Positions 25,176 to 35,568 are shown, numbered from the stretch's first letter. The stretch: DNA of 64,000 bases from Candidatus Aenigmatarchaeota archaeon (GCA_016932735.1 JAFGCI010000006.1:127144-191143); one strand, 5' to 3'. Notes: a model not told the origin generated them from the letters alone. Translations and numbers: made by a program.

Positions 25176-28067
25176 TCACTCAGCAATAATCCCCGGCTTT
25201 CCAGGGCTTGCCTTCATTGCCCTCTGGTTGTCTGTCTCGTCCGCCTTTATGACTTCGATATCGCAGTTGTATTCTCCCTGCAGGAACTCCTTTGCGGATT
25301 CGATTGTCTGAAACTCCCTTTCTGCGTCAAGGACCTCAGGAACGCTTCCTGCCTTTATGAACTTCGGAAGTATCTTTGTTATTTCCTGCCCGTATGACTT
25401 GAAGTCATCCGCCATTATCCTTCCCATGATTTCCTTGAAATCCCTTGTTTCGGAGAGTATTTTATCAAGCTCCTTGTAAAGAGCGTACTTCCACGGGCTC
25501 GAGACAAAGATTGTCAGTTTCTTCGGCTTCTCGAGCTTCGCTAATTTGAGGACTGTTTGTATATCGCTCATTATTTCCTCGATTACCTGCTCGCTTTTGT
25601 CAGCGTCATTGTCAATCTTTTTTTCGTCGGCTTTCGGCCATTCTGCATTGGAAACGAAGCCTTCCTTTCCAATCATTGACCACATTTCCTCAGCAAAATG
25701 AGGCGTTATCGGAGAAAGCATCTTTATCTGGGTCTCGATGTATTGCTCAATAAGTGCCTTGTTCATCATCCCTCCGGTTCTTCTCTGGTACCATTTCAGT
25801 ATCCTTCCCATGTCAAGAAAACCGTTCCTGACAGCGGACTTAAACATCATGTTCTCAAGGTTTTCCGTTGTTTCCTTTACCTGTTTATTTATCATTGATT
25901 CGAACCAGTCATCAATCGGTTTTCTGGTCTCTCTTCCTTTTCCGTAGTTCTCTTCCACAAACCTTGAGAAATCGCTTAATCTTCTCTTTCCTGTCTCGAT
26001 AAAGTCCATATCGAAGTTCGCGTCGTCTATCCCTTCACCGGCATTCGCCGCCGCAATCCTTATCAGGTCTGCGCTGTGCTTTTTGTAAAGCTCTCTAATC
26101 GTGAAGAAGTTACCCTTGGACTTCGACATCTTCTCATTGTTGACCATTACCCTTCCGTTTATGACGTAGGCCTTCTGCCAGTGCTTTTCCGGGAATATTG
26201 CAACATGATTGAATATTGAGAACGTGAGATGGTTCTGGATGAGGTCCTTTGCAGAATTCCTGAAATCGTATGGATACCAGTGCTCAAAATCCATCTTCAT
26301 CGTATCTATCATCTTCTCAGGGATTCCTGTTTCCTTGGAAACTTTTCCGGCGTTTCCAATATTCAGGAAAACATAATCAAAGAACGAATCATTGAGCTTG
26401 TCAACAGAGAATTTATACTGTTCGGGATGCTCAAGATACTTTGCGATTGTGCAGTAGGCCATCTGGATGGTCGAATCAGATAACGATTCAATCTTCCATT
26501 CCGTAGCCCATGGAAGGCTCGTTCCAAGTCCGAATTCCCTTGTGCAAGCCCAGTGGTCGAGCCAGTCTATGACGTAGTCAAACTGTCCTCTGATTTTGTC
26601 CGGATAAAGCGTCATCGAGTCAAGGCATTTGTGGGCTTCCTTCTTCCAGTCGATGTCATTGTATTCTAAGAACCACTGGTCTGAAACTATCTTTACAATA
26701 GACGGGACGCCGCATCTGCATACGACTTTTCCTGTTAGTTCATAATAATTCTCTCCCCATCCTCTGGCGATGACCTCGTTCCAGACGTAGTCCTTCATCT
26801 CCTGGACAGGCTTTCCGACAACATTCTTTTCAAAGACGCCTTGATAAATCTTTCCGAACTTCGCTGAATAGAAGCTTAGCTTGTAAAGCTCCTGCTTAAT
26901 CTTTTCAAGCTTCTCCCGCTCGTTTTGGTTCTTTACGTTGTATTTTTTCAGGAAATGCTCAGCCGGAACTCCGCCTAAATCACCCGTTTCCAGAACTTCA
27001 ATAGGCTTTAGCTCTTTGATTTTTGATATATCAAGTCCATACTTAGCACACGTCTTTTCATCTTTCTGAAGGTCCCACAAAGCTATCAGGTCGTCGGCCG
27101 AATCAGACGGGACTGAATGGACAAGGCCCGTCCCGAACTTCGGGTCAAGGAATGTCGCGGGAAGGACAATCGATTTGTAATCATTAAACTCGGTTACTTC
27201 TTTTCCTATGAATTCGCTTCCCTTGACGGCTTTCTTCTTGACGAGTTTCCAGTCCTGCTCAATGAGCTTCTGGACCGCGTTCTCGCCAAGAATCCATGTC
27301 TCCTTTCCATTCTTTGTTTCTATCTCTATTTCAACATAATCTGAATCGGGGTTTATGTAGAGGTTGGTTATCCCGAGGATTGTATCGGGTCGAAGAGTCG
27401 CGCTGACTATGAATCTTCCGTCGGGAAGCCTGTGCCTTACAAGAAGGTATTTCTGCGGGGTCTCGCCTTCGCCTTCGGCTCTTGCGTGGTCGCTTACCGG
27501 GTTCCTGCATTTGGTGCACCACACGACAGGATGCTTTCCTTTCTTGACATAGCCTTTCTCTTTGAGCTTACGAAACTGCCATTCTATCATCTTATCGTAA
27601 GGCGGGTTTAGGGAAGTCGTTATGAAGGTGTATCTCGGGTCTATTGAGAATCCAAGGGCTGAAAGGTCCTTTAAGGTCTCCTTGGGGAAATATTCAACCC
27701 AGTGCTCGGGCTTTGAGAACTTCTGTATTTCTGAATCAGGAATCTCCATCTGCTTTAATGCATTTATCTGTTTCTCATCGCCTTCCTCAACTTTCTTTGC
27801 GGCGGTGACAATCGGGCTTCCCGTGCAGTGGAATCCGAACTTGAAAAGGACGTCGAATCCTTTCATCCTCTTGAATCTTGAGATGACTTCAGGAGCGATA
27901 TAAGTGAACAGATGGCCGAGATGGAGAAGCCCGCTCATGTAAGGGTAAGGCGTCGTGATGTAGTACTTTTTCTTCCCGTAATCAGCCTCGACAGAAAAGA
28001 CTCCTTCATCTTTCCACTTCTTCTGCCATTTCTCTTCCACTTTCCTGAAATCTTCCGTTTCCATCAT
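25176..28067 (-). CDS. leuS: Leucyl-tRNA synthetase (archaeal type)
   Basis: PYMSGLLHLGH (HIGH), ATLRPDT editing domain, GTGLVHSVPS, KMSKSKGN. Confidence 0.97.
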   Translation of the reverse strand: MMETEDFRKVEEKWQKKWKDEGVFSVEADYGKKKYYITTPYPYMSGLLHLGHLFTYIAPEVISRFKRMKGFDVLFKFGFHCTGSPIVTAAKKVEEGDEKQINALKQMEIPDSEIQKFSKPEHWVEYFPKETLKDLSALGFSIDPRYTFITTSLNPPYDKMIEWQFRKLKEKGYVKKGKHPVVWCTKCRNPVSDHARAEGEGETPQKYLLVRHRLPDGRFIVSATLRPDTILGITNLYINPDSDYVEIEIETKNGKETWILGENAVQKLIEQDWKLVKKKAVKGSEFIGKEVTEFNDYKSIVLPATFLDPKFGTGLVHSVPSDSADDLIALWDLQKDEKTCAKYGLDISKIKELKPIEVLETGDLGGVPAEHFLKKYNVKNQNEREKLEKIKQELYKLSFYSAKFGKIYQGVFEKNVVGKPVQEMKDYVWNEVIARGWGENYYELTGKVVCRCGVPSIVKIVSDQWFLEYNDIDWKKEAHKCLDSMTLYPDKIRGQFDYVIDWLDHWACTREFGLGTSLPWATEWKIESLSDSTIQMAYCTIAKYLEHPEQYKFSVDKLNDSFFDYVFLNIGNAGKVSKETGIPEKMIDTMKMDFEHWYPYDFRNSAKDLIQNHLTFSIFNHVAIFPEKHWQKAYVINGRVMVNNEKMSKSKGNFFTIRELYKKHSADLIRIAAANAGEGIDDANFDMDFIETGKRRLSDFSRFVEENYGKGRETRKPIDDWFESMINKQVKETTENLENMMFKSAVRNGFLDMGRILKWYQRRTGGMMNKALIEQYIETQIKMLSPITPHFAEEMWSMIGKEGFVSNAEWPKADEKKIDNDADKSEQVIEEIMSDIQTVLKLAKLEKPKKLTIFVSSPWKYALYKELDKILSETRDFKEIMGRIMADDFKSYGQEITKILPKFIKAGSVPEVLDAEREFQTIESAKEFLQGEYNCDIEVIKADETDNQRAMKASPGKPGIIAE

Positions 28068-28137
28068 AAAGCACCGTTATAATGTAAATTATATTATATG
28101 GATTATACCATTAATCTTATAAATTTCAGGTGCTTTA

Positions 28138-28407
28138 ATGAAAACCGTTCATGTCCTGGTTTCAGGTATTGTACAGGATGTTGGTTTCCGTTATTTTACA
28201 TCAAAGAATGCAAAAAATCTCGGAATAGGGGGCTGGGTCCAGAACACTCCTGACAGGAAGGTCGAGGCTGTTTTTCAGGGAGAAGAAGCCGATGTCGATA
28301 AAATGGTTGAGCTTTGTCGGAAGGGACCTTCTTCAGCCCACGTAAAAGATGTCAGGATAACCGAAGAGACAAACAACGTCGTTTACGATGGTTTCAAAAC
28401 TTACTAA
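28138..28407 (+). CDS. acyP: Acylphosphatase
   Basis: VSGIVQDVGFRY, GWVQN..D.KVE, GPSSA.V. Confidence 0.92.
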   Translation: MKTVHVLVSGIVQDVGFRYFTSKNAKNLGIGGWVQNTPDRKVEAVFQGEEADVDKMVELCRKGPSSAHVKDVRITEETNNVVYDGFKTY

Positions 28408-28553
28408 ATTATACTGCATGTGCAGTTTGTCTCTTCTCTTTTGTCTTTTACAGCTTTTCTGAGCTCTTTGCTCGATGAATTTTTTCTTGATTCAAGAACA
28501 CATAGCTCATCACATTTCAGTTCTTCAACGAGTCCTTTTTCAGTTGATGTCAT
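28404..28553 (-). CDS. 49-aa Cys-containing small protein, absent from ORF track
   Basis: MTSTEKGLVEELKCDELCVLESRKNSSSKELRKAVKDKREETNCTCSII; GAGGTGA RBS upstream; divergent from hxlR. Confidence 0.65.
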   Translation of the reverse strand: MTSTEKGLVEELKCDELCVLESRKNSSSKELRKAVKDKREETNCTCSII

Positions 28554-28648
28554 TATAATCACCTCATTTCAATAAATCAAAAGAAAAATTCTCTATAGTA
28601 TAAAAAAGATAGTAAATATATAAAACCCAGAGTTTCTAAAAATATAGT

Positions 28649-29008
28649 ATGAATGAGAAATGTCCCGTTTATCGTGCTTCAAATATTCTTGGAAAGAGAT
28701 GGACAATCCTCATACTTCTCGAGCTGTACAAAGGAAAAGACAAATGGAAAAGATATACAGCAATAAAATCAAAGCTCATGGACATCACTCCTAAGATACT
28801 TTCAGAGAGACTGAAAGAGCTTCAGGAAGAAGACCTCATAAAGAAAAGAATTGATGCATCAATCGTTCCTGTAAAGTCTGAATATTCGCTTACCAAATCA
28901 GGTGAAGACATAATACAGATTATACAATGCATGAAAATATGGGCGCTGAAATGGAAGATAAAAAATAAGGAATGTGAAAAACTCAGTTGCGAACAGTGTG
29001 AGCTATGA
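28649..29008 (+). CDS. HxlR-family winged-helix transcriptional regulator
   Basis: CPV..A..ILGKRWTILIL, LSERLKEL, P...EYSLT..G. Confidence 0.92.
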   Translation: MNEKCPVYRASNILGKRWTILILLELYKGKDKWKRYTAIKSKLMDITPKILSERLKELQEEDLIKKRIDASIVPVKSEYSLTKSGEDIIQIIQCMKIWALKWKIKNKECEKLSCEQCEL

Positions 29009-29865
29009 AAGGGTTTTGTGAATTGTGTAAAAAAGAAACGGAAGTTGTTAAAAGTCACATTGTTCCTAAATTTGTTTTCGATTGGATTAAAAAAACATCA
29101 GCAACTGGTTATATGCGTTCTCCGGAAAATCCAAATAAGAGGCTTCAGGATGGTGTTAAGGATTATTTATTGTGTAGAACGTGCGAAATTCTTATCTCAG
29201 AATATGAGACATATTTCTCAAGAGAAATATATTATCCATACCTCAACGAGAAAAGACATTATTTCGAATATAATGAATTATTAATGAAGTTTATTGTATC
29301 TGTTTCTTGGAGAGTTGCAAATAATAATCTAAGAAAGTTTAGTAAAAATAGCGTGATGGAAAAATATGCACACGAGGCAGAAGAGTATTGGCGAAAGATT
29401 ATTTTAGAAGATGAATTGGATAAAAAATATGAACATAGAATATATTTTCTCGATTACATAGAAAATGGACCACGTTCCCTTCCAAAAAAAATAAATGATT
29501 ATATAATGAGAAGCGTTGATGCAACAATAGCTTCTAATAGTGAAAGAATATTTATTTATTCAAAATTCCCTGGAATAATTATAATATCATTAATACAGCC
29601 TCAATCTTCCGAAAGAAATGATGGTTCCAAGATTGCCTTTAAAGGTAAAATAAATCTACCATGTACATACTACTTTGAAAATGGTCTATATGAATTTCTG
29701 ATTTCAAGGGCTTCTATTATTGATAATAAGCCTTTATCTGGTCGAAGTCTTCAGAAAGTAGTCAGTGATATGCTTAAAAATCCTGATAGAGTGCTAAACT
29801 CTAAATCATATCAAGCTTTTCTAGAAACTCAGTCTTGGAAAATGAAAAAGCGTTCATCAAAATAA
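29005..29865 (+). CDS. AT-rich hypothetical protein with N-terminal HNH-like/Zn motif
   Basis: CELC....SHIVPK and LLCRTCE..S..E; strongly AT-rich relative to neighbours. Confidence 0.55.
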   Translation: MKGFCELCKKETEVVKSHIVPKFVFDWIKKTSATGYMRSPENPNKRLQDGVKDYLLCRTCEILISEYETYFSREIYYPYLNEKRHYFEYNELLMKFIVSVSWRVANNNLRKFSKNSVMEKYAHEAEEYWRKIILEDELDKKYEHRIYFLDYIENGPRSLPKKINDYIMRSVDATIASNSERIFIYSKFPGIIIISLIQPQSSERNDGSKIAFKGKINLPCTYYFENGLYEFLISRASIIDNKPLSGRSLQKVVSDMLKNPDRVLNSKSYQAFLETQSWKMKKRSSK

Positions 29866-30038
29866 TCACGGTTTTTTCATTACAAGTAAAAAAGAGAATT
29901 AATCACAAAGGTTGTGAAATTAATATACATAAATCCAAATAATTAACAAGATAATTATAGTGAAGGATATAACAGATTAGAATAAAGTCTTTCACTATAT
30001 TTCAACGGCATACTAAAATTTGCTATGTCGGTGATTAT

Positions 30039-30233
30039 ATGTGTATGGCATTATTGGGTAGGGTCTCTGAAGTCGATGGCGATTCAGCTGTTATAGACTT
30101 CGGCGGCGTCACGAAAAGCGCGGATGCCAGGTTCCTTCCCGTGAAAAAGGATGACTATGTCTACGTCTTTGACGGCTTCGTGATAGAGAAGCTGACAAAG
30201 AAGGACGCGAAAAAGATTCTGAAAGGTGAATGA
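30039..30233 (+). CDS. hypC: Hydrogenase maturation chaperone HypC/HupF
   Basis: MCMALLGRV N-terminal Cys, A..DFGGV....D, DYV.V..GF.I. Confidence 0.85.
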   Translation: MCMALLGRVSEVDGDSAVIDFGGVTKSADARFLPVKKDDYVYVFDGFVIEKLTKKDAKKILKGE

Positions 30234-30812
30234 ATGTTTAAGACCTTGCCGATAAAAGACAGGGAAATGTTCCTGAAATATGCCATCCCCTGCGGGGATG
30301 TCCTTGTGGACAGGGGCGAACTGAAGCAGAGGCTCCTTGATAAAATGAAAGGCTCTGTAATCGACCAGAAAGAACTGAACTATGATATTGAGAACACGTT
30401 CAAGGTCGCAACCCGTATGTGCACAATACTGGGAACCAATATGGGCAAGAGTGATATAGACGAGGAAGTCATAAGAAAATACTTCCTCCATGAGCATGAA
30501 AAGGCCATACAGTGGAGGATGCAGATAAAGCCTGATGTCATCCCGGAGAAGTGCATGGTCTATCCCGGAAGAGTCGTGAACACGAACAGCAAGGGCGTCA
30601 CTCTGAACACCCCGCTCGGAAGGGTAGTTGCTAAAGACGAATTCATCGACAGGCTCAGAACAGGCGACTGGGTGAGCATGCATTATTCACAGATAGCTGA
30701 AAAGATACCTAAGAAGGAAGCGGATTCGATGGTTAACGAATTTAAAGAAAGACTGGAGAAAAAATATATAATCACCGGCAATAACAAAATAGGAGATGCC
30801 GTTGAAATATAG
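30234..30812 (+). CDS. Hypothetical protein with C-terminal HypC-like beta-barrel (DUF6390-like)
   Basis: FLKYAIPCG at N-terminus; C-terminal C.VYPGRV...GDWVSMHY..IAEKI; abuts hypC. Confidence 0.55.
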   Translation: MFKTLPIKDREMFLKYAIPCGDVLVDRGELKQRLLDKMKGSVIDQKELNYDIENTFKVATRMCTILGTNMGKSDIDEEVIRKYFLHEHEKAIQWRMQIKPDVIPEKCMVYPGRVVNTNSKGVTLNTPLGRVVAKDEFIDRLRTGDWVSMHYSQIAEKIPKKEADSMVNEFKERLEKKYIITGNNKIGDAVEI

Positions 30813-30863
30813 TAAACGACCTAACCTAAAAAGTTACGTCGTTAACTATAACAGGGTGAATAT

Positions 30864-31772
30864 GTGAACAAGGAATATCTGGGAACGTTGCTTGCAATAT
30901 TGACTGCAGTCGTTAGCGGCATATCGATACCGCTTAACAAGATTTTTGTCGTCGACCTCGACCCTCTCATATTCACTGCGGTAAGGGGTCTTATAATCGG
31001 TCTTGTGTTCCTTGTTTTGACCATTGTCCAGAAGAACAGGTTAAAGAAACCTATGAAACAAGTTTCGTGGAAATACCTGTTGGCTATTGCAGTAATAGGC
31101 GGCTCTCTGGCATTTGCAATGTTCTTCAGCGGTCTCCAGCTGACTACAAGCGGAAGAGGCGCGTTCCTTCATAAGACGCTTCCTTTGTTTGCAACGTTGT
31201 TCGCATTCATCTTCTTAAAAGAGAAGATACCAAAAAAGCAGTTATACGCCCTTCTTGCGATGTTTGCAGGATTAGTTATCATGACCGTTTCCCAGATTGA
31301 GCCCGGTCTGCTCTGGTCAAATCCTCAGGTCGGCGATTTCCTTATAATCGGTGCCACAATACTATGGGCTCTTGAGAACACCATAGCAAGAAAGGCCATG
31401 ATAGAAGGGGAGCATAATTTCATCGTCGCCTTCTCAAGGATGTTTATCGGAGGTCTTATACTTTTCGGAATAGTCGGAGTTTTCGGAAGATTTGATGCTC
31501 TCATTGCACTAACATCCTCACAGTGGGCTAACATCCTCGTCTCGTCAGGGATACTGTTCTGCTATGTGTTCTTCTGGTACTGGAGCATAAAGCTCATAAA
31601 TGTTTCAAAGGCGTCGATGCTGCTCCTGCTGGCGCCTGTAATATCATTGATAGCCGGAATGTCGTGGCTGGGTGAGCCTTTGCCGATGTTACAGCTCGCA
31701 GGCTCAGCGCTTATACTAATCGGAGCATGCTTCGTTGTGGGGATAAAGAGCAGGCTGTCAACAGGTGTTTAA
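30864..31772 (+). CDS. EamA/DMT family transporter
   Basis: Ten TM segments in two repeats, G..LI..A...WA.E, GE. Confidence 0.9.
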   Translation: MNKEYLGTLLAILTAVVSGISIPLNKIFVVDLDPLIFTAVRGLIIGLVFLVLTIVQKNRLKKPMKQVSWKYLLAIAVIGGSLAFAMFFSGLQLTTSGRGAFLHKTLPLFATLFAFIFLKEKIPKKQLYALLAMFAGLVIMTVSQIEPGLLWSNPQVGDFLIIGATILWALENTIARKAMIEGEHNFIVAFSRMFIGGLILFGIVGVFGRFDALIALTSSQWANILVSSGILFCYVFFWYWSIKLINVSKASMLLLLAPVISLIAGMSWLGEPLPMLQLAGSALILIGACFVVGIKSRLSTGV

Positions 31773-32978
31773 TGAAATATCCTCAAGAACTTCCAGAAAC
31801 TTCTTCACTTCTTCTTTCGTGTTGTAGAAATAGGGGCTTGCTCTCACTGTCCCGCCTATGCCGAGTTCCCTCATGAGGGCATTGGCACAGTGCTGGCCGC
31901 TTCTCACTGCAATACCTTCCTGGTCAAAAAGCATTGCAACATCATGCGGATTCATGTCTTTGATGTCAAAAGAGAATATTGCGCCTCTTTTCTCGGGGTT
32001 TTCAGGTCCGTAAAGATTGACGTTTTTAAGCTGCGATATCTTATCAATGACAAGCTTGTTCATCTCTATCTCATATTCTTCGATATTATCCATTCCGACT
32101 TTCCTGAGATAATCGATTGCGGCAGAAAAGCCGACTGTTCCTGATATATCGGGAGTTCCGGCCTCGAATTTCTCCGGCGGTTTAGTGTATGTGGAATCTG
32201 CTATCCAGACATCCTTTATCATTCCGCCCCCGCCGAAGAACGGGTCGAGATTCTCCAAGACTTCAGACTTCCCGAAGAGTCCTCCGATGCCGGTAGGGCC
32301 GAGCATCTTGTGTGCCGAGAAAGCGAAGAAATCACAATCCATCTTCTCCACATTCACTGGTATGTGAGGAGCCGACTGGGCTCCGTCAACAACTGTTAAT
32401 GAGCCGTTTTCTTTCGCCAATCGGCATATCTTTTTAACATCGTTGATTGTTCCGAGCACATTGGAAACGTGTCCTATTGCGACTGTTTTTGTTTTTTTGT
32501 TAAGAAGTTTCTGGAAAGATTCAATTGAAACGGAAAAGTCGTCTCCAAAATCTATGGCCTTTATCTTGGCTCCTGTTTTTTTGGCTATGAGATGCCATGG
32601 AACCATGTTTGAATGGTGTTCCATCTTCGTTATTATAATTTCGTCATCTCTTTTGAGGTGGTTCATGCCCCATGCATAAGCGACCAGGTTCAGCGATTCC
32701 GTCGCGTTCCTTGTGAAAATAAGTTCAGAAGGGTCACATTTTATGAATTCTGCTATATTTTCCCTTCCTGAATCATACATCTCGCTTGCTTCCTGTGAAA
32801 GGGTGTGGACGCCTCTATGTATGTTTGCATTGGTATTCTTGTAGTATTCAGATATGGCATCTATGACCTGCATCGGCTTCTGAGAAGTTGCTGTGTTATC
32901 TAAGTAAATCAGTTTATTCCCGTTTACTTCCCTTCTGAGTATGGGAAAATCCTCCCGTATCTTGTCTATATTTAGCAT
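31758..32978 (-). CDS. sufS: Cysteine desulfurase, SufS type
   Basis: YLDNTATSQKP, EHHSN, DGAQ, SAHKMLGPTG, FEAGTP, RSGQHCA. Confidence 0.95.
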   Translation of the reverse strand: MLNIDKIREDFPILRREVNGNKLIYLDNTATSQKPMQVIDAISEYYKNTNANIHRGVHTLSQEASEMYDSGRENIAEFIKCDPSELIFTRNATESLNLVAYAWGMNHLKRDDEIIITKMEHHSNMVPWHLIAKKTGAKIKAIDFGDDFSVSIESFQKLLNKKTKTVAIGHVSNVLGTINDVKKICRLAKENGSLTVVDGAQSAPHIPVNVEKMDCDFFAFSAHKMLGPTGIGGLFGKSEVLENLDPFFGGGGMIKDVWIADSTYTKPPEKFEAGTPDISGTVGFSAAIDYLRKVGMDNIEEYEIEMNKLVIDKISQLKNVNLYGPENPEKRGAIFSFDIKDMNPHDVAMLFDQEGIAVRSGQHCANALMRELGIGGTVRASPYFYNTKEEVKKFLEVLEDISLNTC

Positions 32979-33032
32979 TAATCTACTGTTTGATAGAAAC
33001 TATATATAACATTTCGTTGCAGAAAATGAAAT

Positions 33033-33701
33033 TCATTCGATTTTTTCAAATATAAGTTCATATTCCTTGAGGTTTTTCAGAACAAGGTCGGCTCCGGCTT
33101 CTTCCAGTTTGTCCTTCCTGTAGGGCCCGGTCTCAACACCGACAGCAAAGCCTTTCATTATTTTTCCCGCCTTTATGTCAGAAGGGGTGTCGCCGATAAC
33201 TATCAGTCTTTCGATTTCAAGCCCCATTTCATTCGCATTACTCAGTGATTTTTTTATTAGATCGCTCCTTTCATAAAGACCGTCGGAATATGACTGGATT
33301 TTAAAGAATTCTGAAAGTCCGGCGCTCTCAAGAAGATACTTTCCTACATTTTGCGAATTGCCTGTTATCAGGCCGCATGTCTGGTTTCTTGACTTTATTT
33401 CATTCAGAAATTCGATGACTCCGGGGAGGACTCTAATTCCCTCGTTTTTAACAGCCCCTTCCATATATTCTTTCCAGCTTTCCCCTATCTTTCTTATATC
33501 GGATTCAGTTGGGTTTATGCCCAGTTCAGAGCACACCCCCATGTGAAATGTTGAAGCGGTCTTGCCTGCATTCCTGTTGAATACTTCGTCATCAACGATC
33601 GCATTAAATACGTGTTTGTAAGCCCTTCTGAAGGATTCTATATGAAGCTTCATGGAATCTATGAGGGTTCCATCCAGATCGAATAAATAGAAATCCTTCA
33701 T
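33033..33701 (-). CDS. HAD-superfamily hydrolase
   Basis: FDLDGTLIDS, ITGN, IGDT.SDIKAG; start ATG 33701. Confidence 0.9.
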   Translation of the reverse strand: MKDFYLFDLDGTLIDSMKLHIESFRRAYKHVFNAIVDDEVFNRNAGKTASTFHMGVCSELGINPTESDIRKIGESWKEYMEGAVKNEGIRVLPGVIEFLNEIKSRNQTCGLITGNSQNVGKYLLESAGLSEFFKIQSYSDGLYERSDLIKKSLSNANEMGLEIERLIVIGDTPSDIKAGKIMKGFAVGVETGPYRKDKLEEAGADLVLKNLKEYELIFEKIE

Positions 33702-33809
33702 AATTTCACTTAACAATTCTATCTTCAACCATATATTTATTGTTTCGGAGGCCTTAGTTTCATCAAAAGAAACCAAAATATATATATAGTTTCTGCGTAT
33801 TCCAATAGC

Positions 33810-35456
33810 ATGGTAGTTAAAAATTTTGTGGTATCGATAGGGGTTTTCTTAGTCCTGACGTTGCTTCTGATGGCATATCCCACAAGCGCGCAGGAAGACA
33901 TCATTTGCACAGTGTATATAACAGGCGTAGGATGCCCAAACTGTGCATACACAGATCCAGTCCTTCTATCAGATTACACTTCACAATATGACAATCTTGT
34001 CGTAATAGAATATGAAATATACCATAACAGCGAATTCAATCAAAAAACGGCAAATATGTACTTTGATAATTATATAACAAATACGAGGCCGGGAGTGCCT
34101 TTCCTGATTTTCAGTAAGAATCAGACAGCATTGGGCAGGATCGAAGTAATTGATTCAAATTCATTCATAGACCAGATTTCTTCCAACGAATGTCCGTTAC
34201 CAGACGGTTCCTCAATAAGTTTTGAGAATATGGATTTTGCCGGAATCGAGGGAAAAGTAAATATATGGGCAAATGGCAGGGTTCTCATTTCAGGAGAAGA
34301 TAAACCCGATAACGATTTGATTAAAAGGCTTATAAAAGCAGATGATATCTCTTCTGAGATTTCGAAAGCGGGGGGCATTAAGACAGAGCCTGCTCCTGTT
34401 GCGTTATCCGAATCTTATATATATTTCAGAAACGCGGCAAAGGTCGGTGACTGGACAATTCAGTGGGAAATAACAAAAGAGCCTCCTAAAAAGGAAGAAG
34501 AAGCAGACATTGGATGGTTGGCATGGTGTCTTGCCATTATAGGAATGGCTTTGATCGTATCAAGAAAGATTATGCCTACAAAAAAGGAAGATTCCAAAGA
34601 ATCAAAAGGATTCATGCTCACGGAAAGGCAGGAAGACTACCTCATGATTGTTGCTGCAGTGCTTTTCATAATATCCTTCTTCATAGCCGCCCAAAGCGTT
34701 CCGCAGAATTTCATTGAGGAGGCAGGATATTTCCTTCCACTTCCGGTTTTCACCTTGTTTATAGCATTGATAGACGGATTCAATCCGTGCAATCTTTTTG
34801 TCCTTACATTCCTTTTGGGCCTTCTCACATCGGCGTCCCATTCGAGAAAGAGGATTTATGTAATAGGCTACATATTCGTGATAGTGGTATTCCTTATATA
34901 CTTCATATTCATGGTATTCTGGCTAAATGTTTTCAAATACATAGGGTTTATAGATCCTCTAAGGATAGGCATTGCCGTAATTGCCATAGTCGCAGGAGTC
35001 ATTAATATAAAAGAGCTGCTCTTCTTCAGAAGGGGAGTCACTTTGATGATTCAGGAACAGCACAAGAAGCCTCTTATGAGCAGGATAGAGAAAATGGATC
35101 ACATAATAAAGAAGGGAACGATGCCCGTCCTGATAGCATCGTCCATAGTGCTTGCGATCTTTTCCTCTCTTGTCGAACTCCCATGCACTGCCGGATTCCC
35201 TATAATATACACGGCCATCCTTTCCGGAAAGGTGCTTGATAATGCCTTGTTGTATTACTTGTATCTGGTTATGTACAACATAATATATGTTATACCTCTT
35301 ACAATAATTATAGCGGTTTTCGGGTGGTCTTTCCGGGGCAAGCAGGTGAGCAAAAGGCAAATGCAGTACATAAAATTCATCGGCGGGCTTATAATGATAA
35401 TTCTCGGCATTGTTTTGCTTGTAAACCCTTCCCTGATAGGCATGGGCATGGGCTAA
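33810..35456 (+). CDS. Thioredoxin-like (CPNC) plus CcdA/DsbD-like transmembrane redox protein
   Basis: Extracellular GCPNC and GVP; TM region DGFNPC...ELPCTAG.P. Confidence 0.82.
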   Translation: MVVKNFVVSIGVFLVLTLLLMAYPTSAQEDIICTVYITGVGCPNCAYTDPVLLSDYTSQYDNLVVIEYEIYHNSEFNQKTANMYFDNYITNTRPGVPFLIFSKNQTALGRIEVIDSNSFIDQISSNECPLPDGSSISFENMDFAGIEGKVNIWANGRVLISGEDKPDNDLIKRLIKADDISSEISKAGGIKTEPAPVALSESYIYFRNAAKVGDWTIQWEITKEPPKKEEEADIGWLAWCLAIIGMALIVSRKIMPTKKEDSKESKGFMLTERQEDYLMIVAAVLFIISFFIAAQSVPQNFIEEAGYFLPLPVFTLFIALIDGFNPCNLFVLTFLLGLLTSASHSRKRIYVIGYIFVIVVFLIYFIFMVFWLNVFKYIGFIDPLRIGIAVIAIVAGVINIKELLFFRRGVTLMIQEQHKKPLMSRIEKMDHIIKKGTMPVLIASSIVLAIFSSLVELPCTAGFPIIYTAILSGKVLDNALLYYLYLVMYNIIYVIPLTIIIAVFGWSFRGKQVSKRQMQYIKFIGGLIMIILGIVLLVNPSLIGMGMG

Positions 35457-35568
35457 AGCAGAAAGTCTCAGAATTGTTTGCTTATTTAAACTTTATTTTT
35501 AATAATAGATTAATCTATCAAAAATCCTGAATTAAGCTTTCAGCATTTAGGTTTGGGAGGGGTGTGAT

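Noticed and set aside
29903-29917. TCACAA-AGG-TTGTGA as a Rex operator for hypC
   Set aside because: Half-sites are in the opposite order to Rex boxes, only 6 bp, in very AT-rich DNA.
30084-30683. Long antisense ORFs (also 19161-19964, 38002-38637, 56590-57462)
   Set aside because: Fully overlap well-supported genes on the other strand; typical codon-bias shadows.
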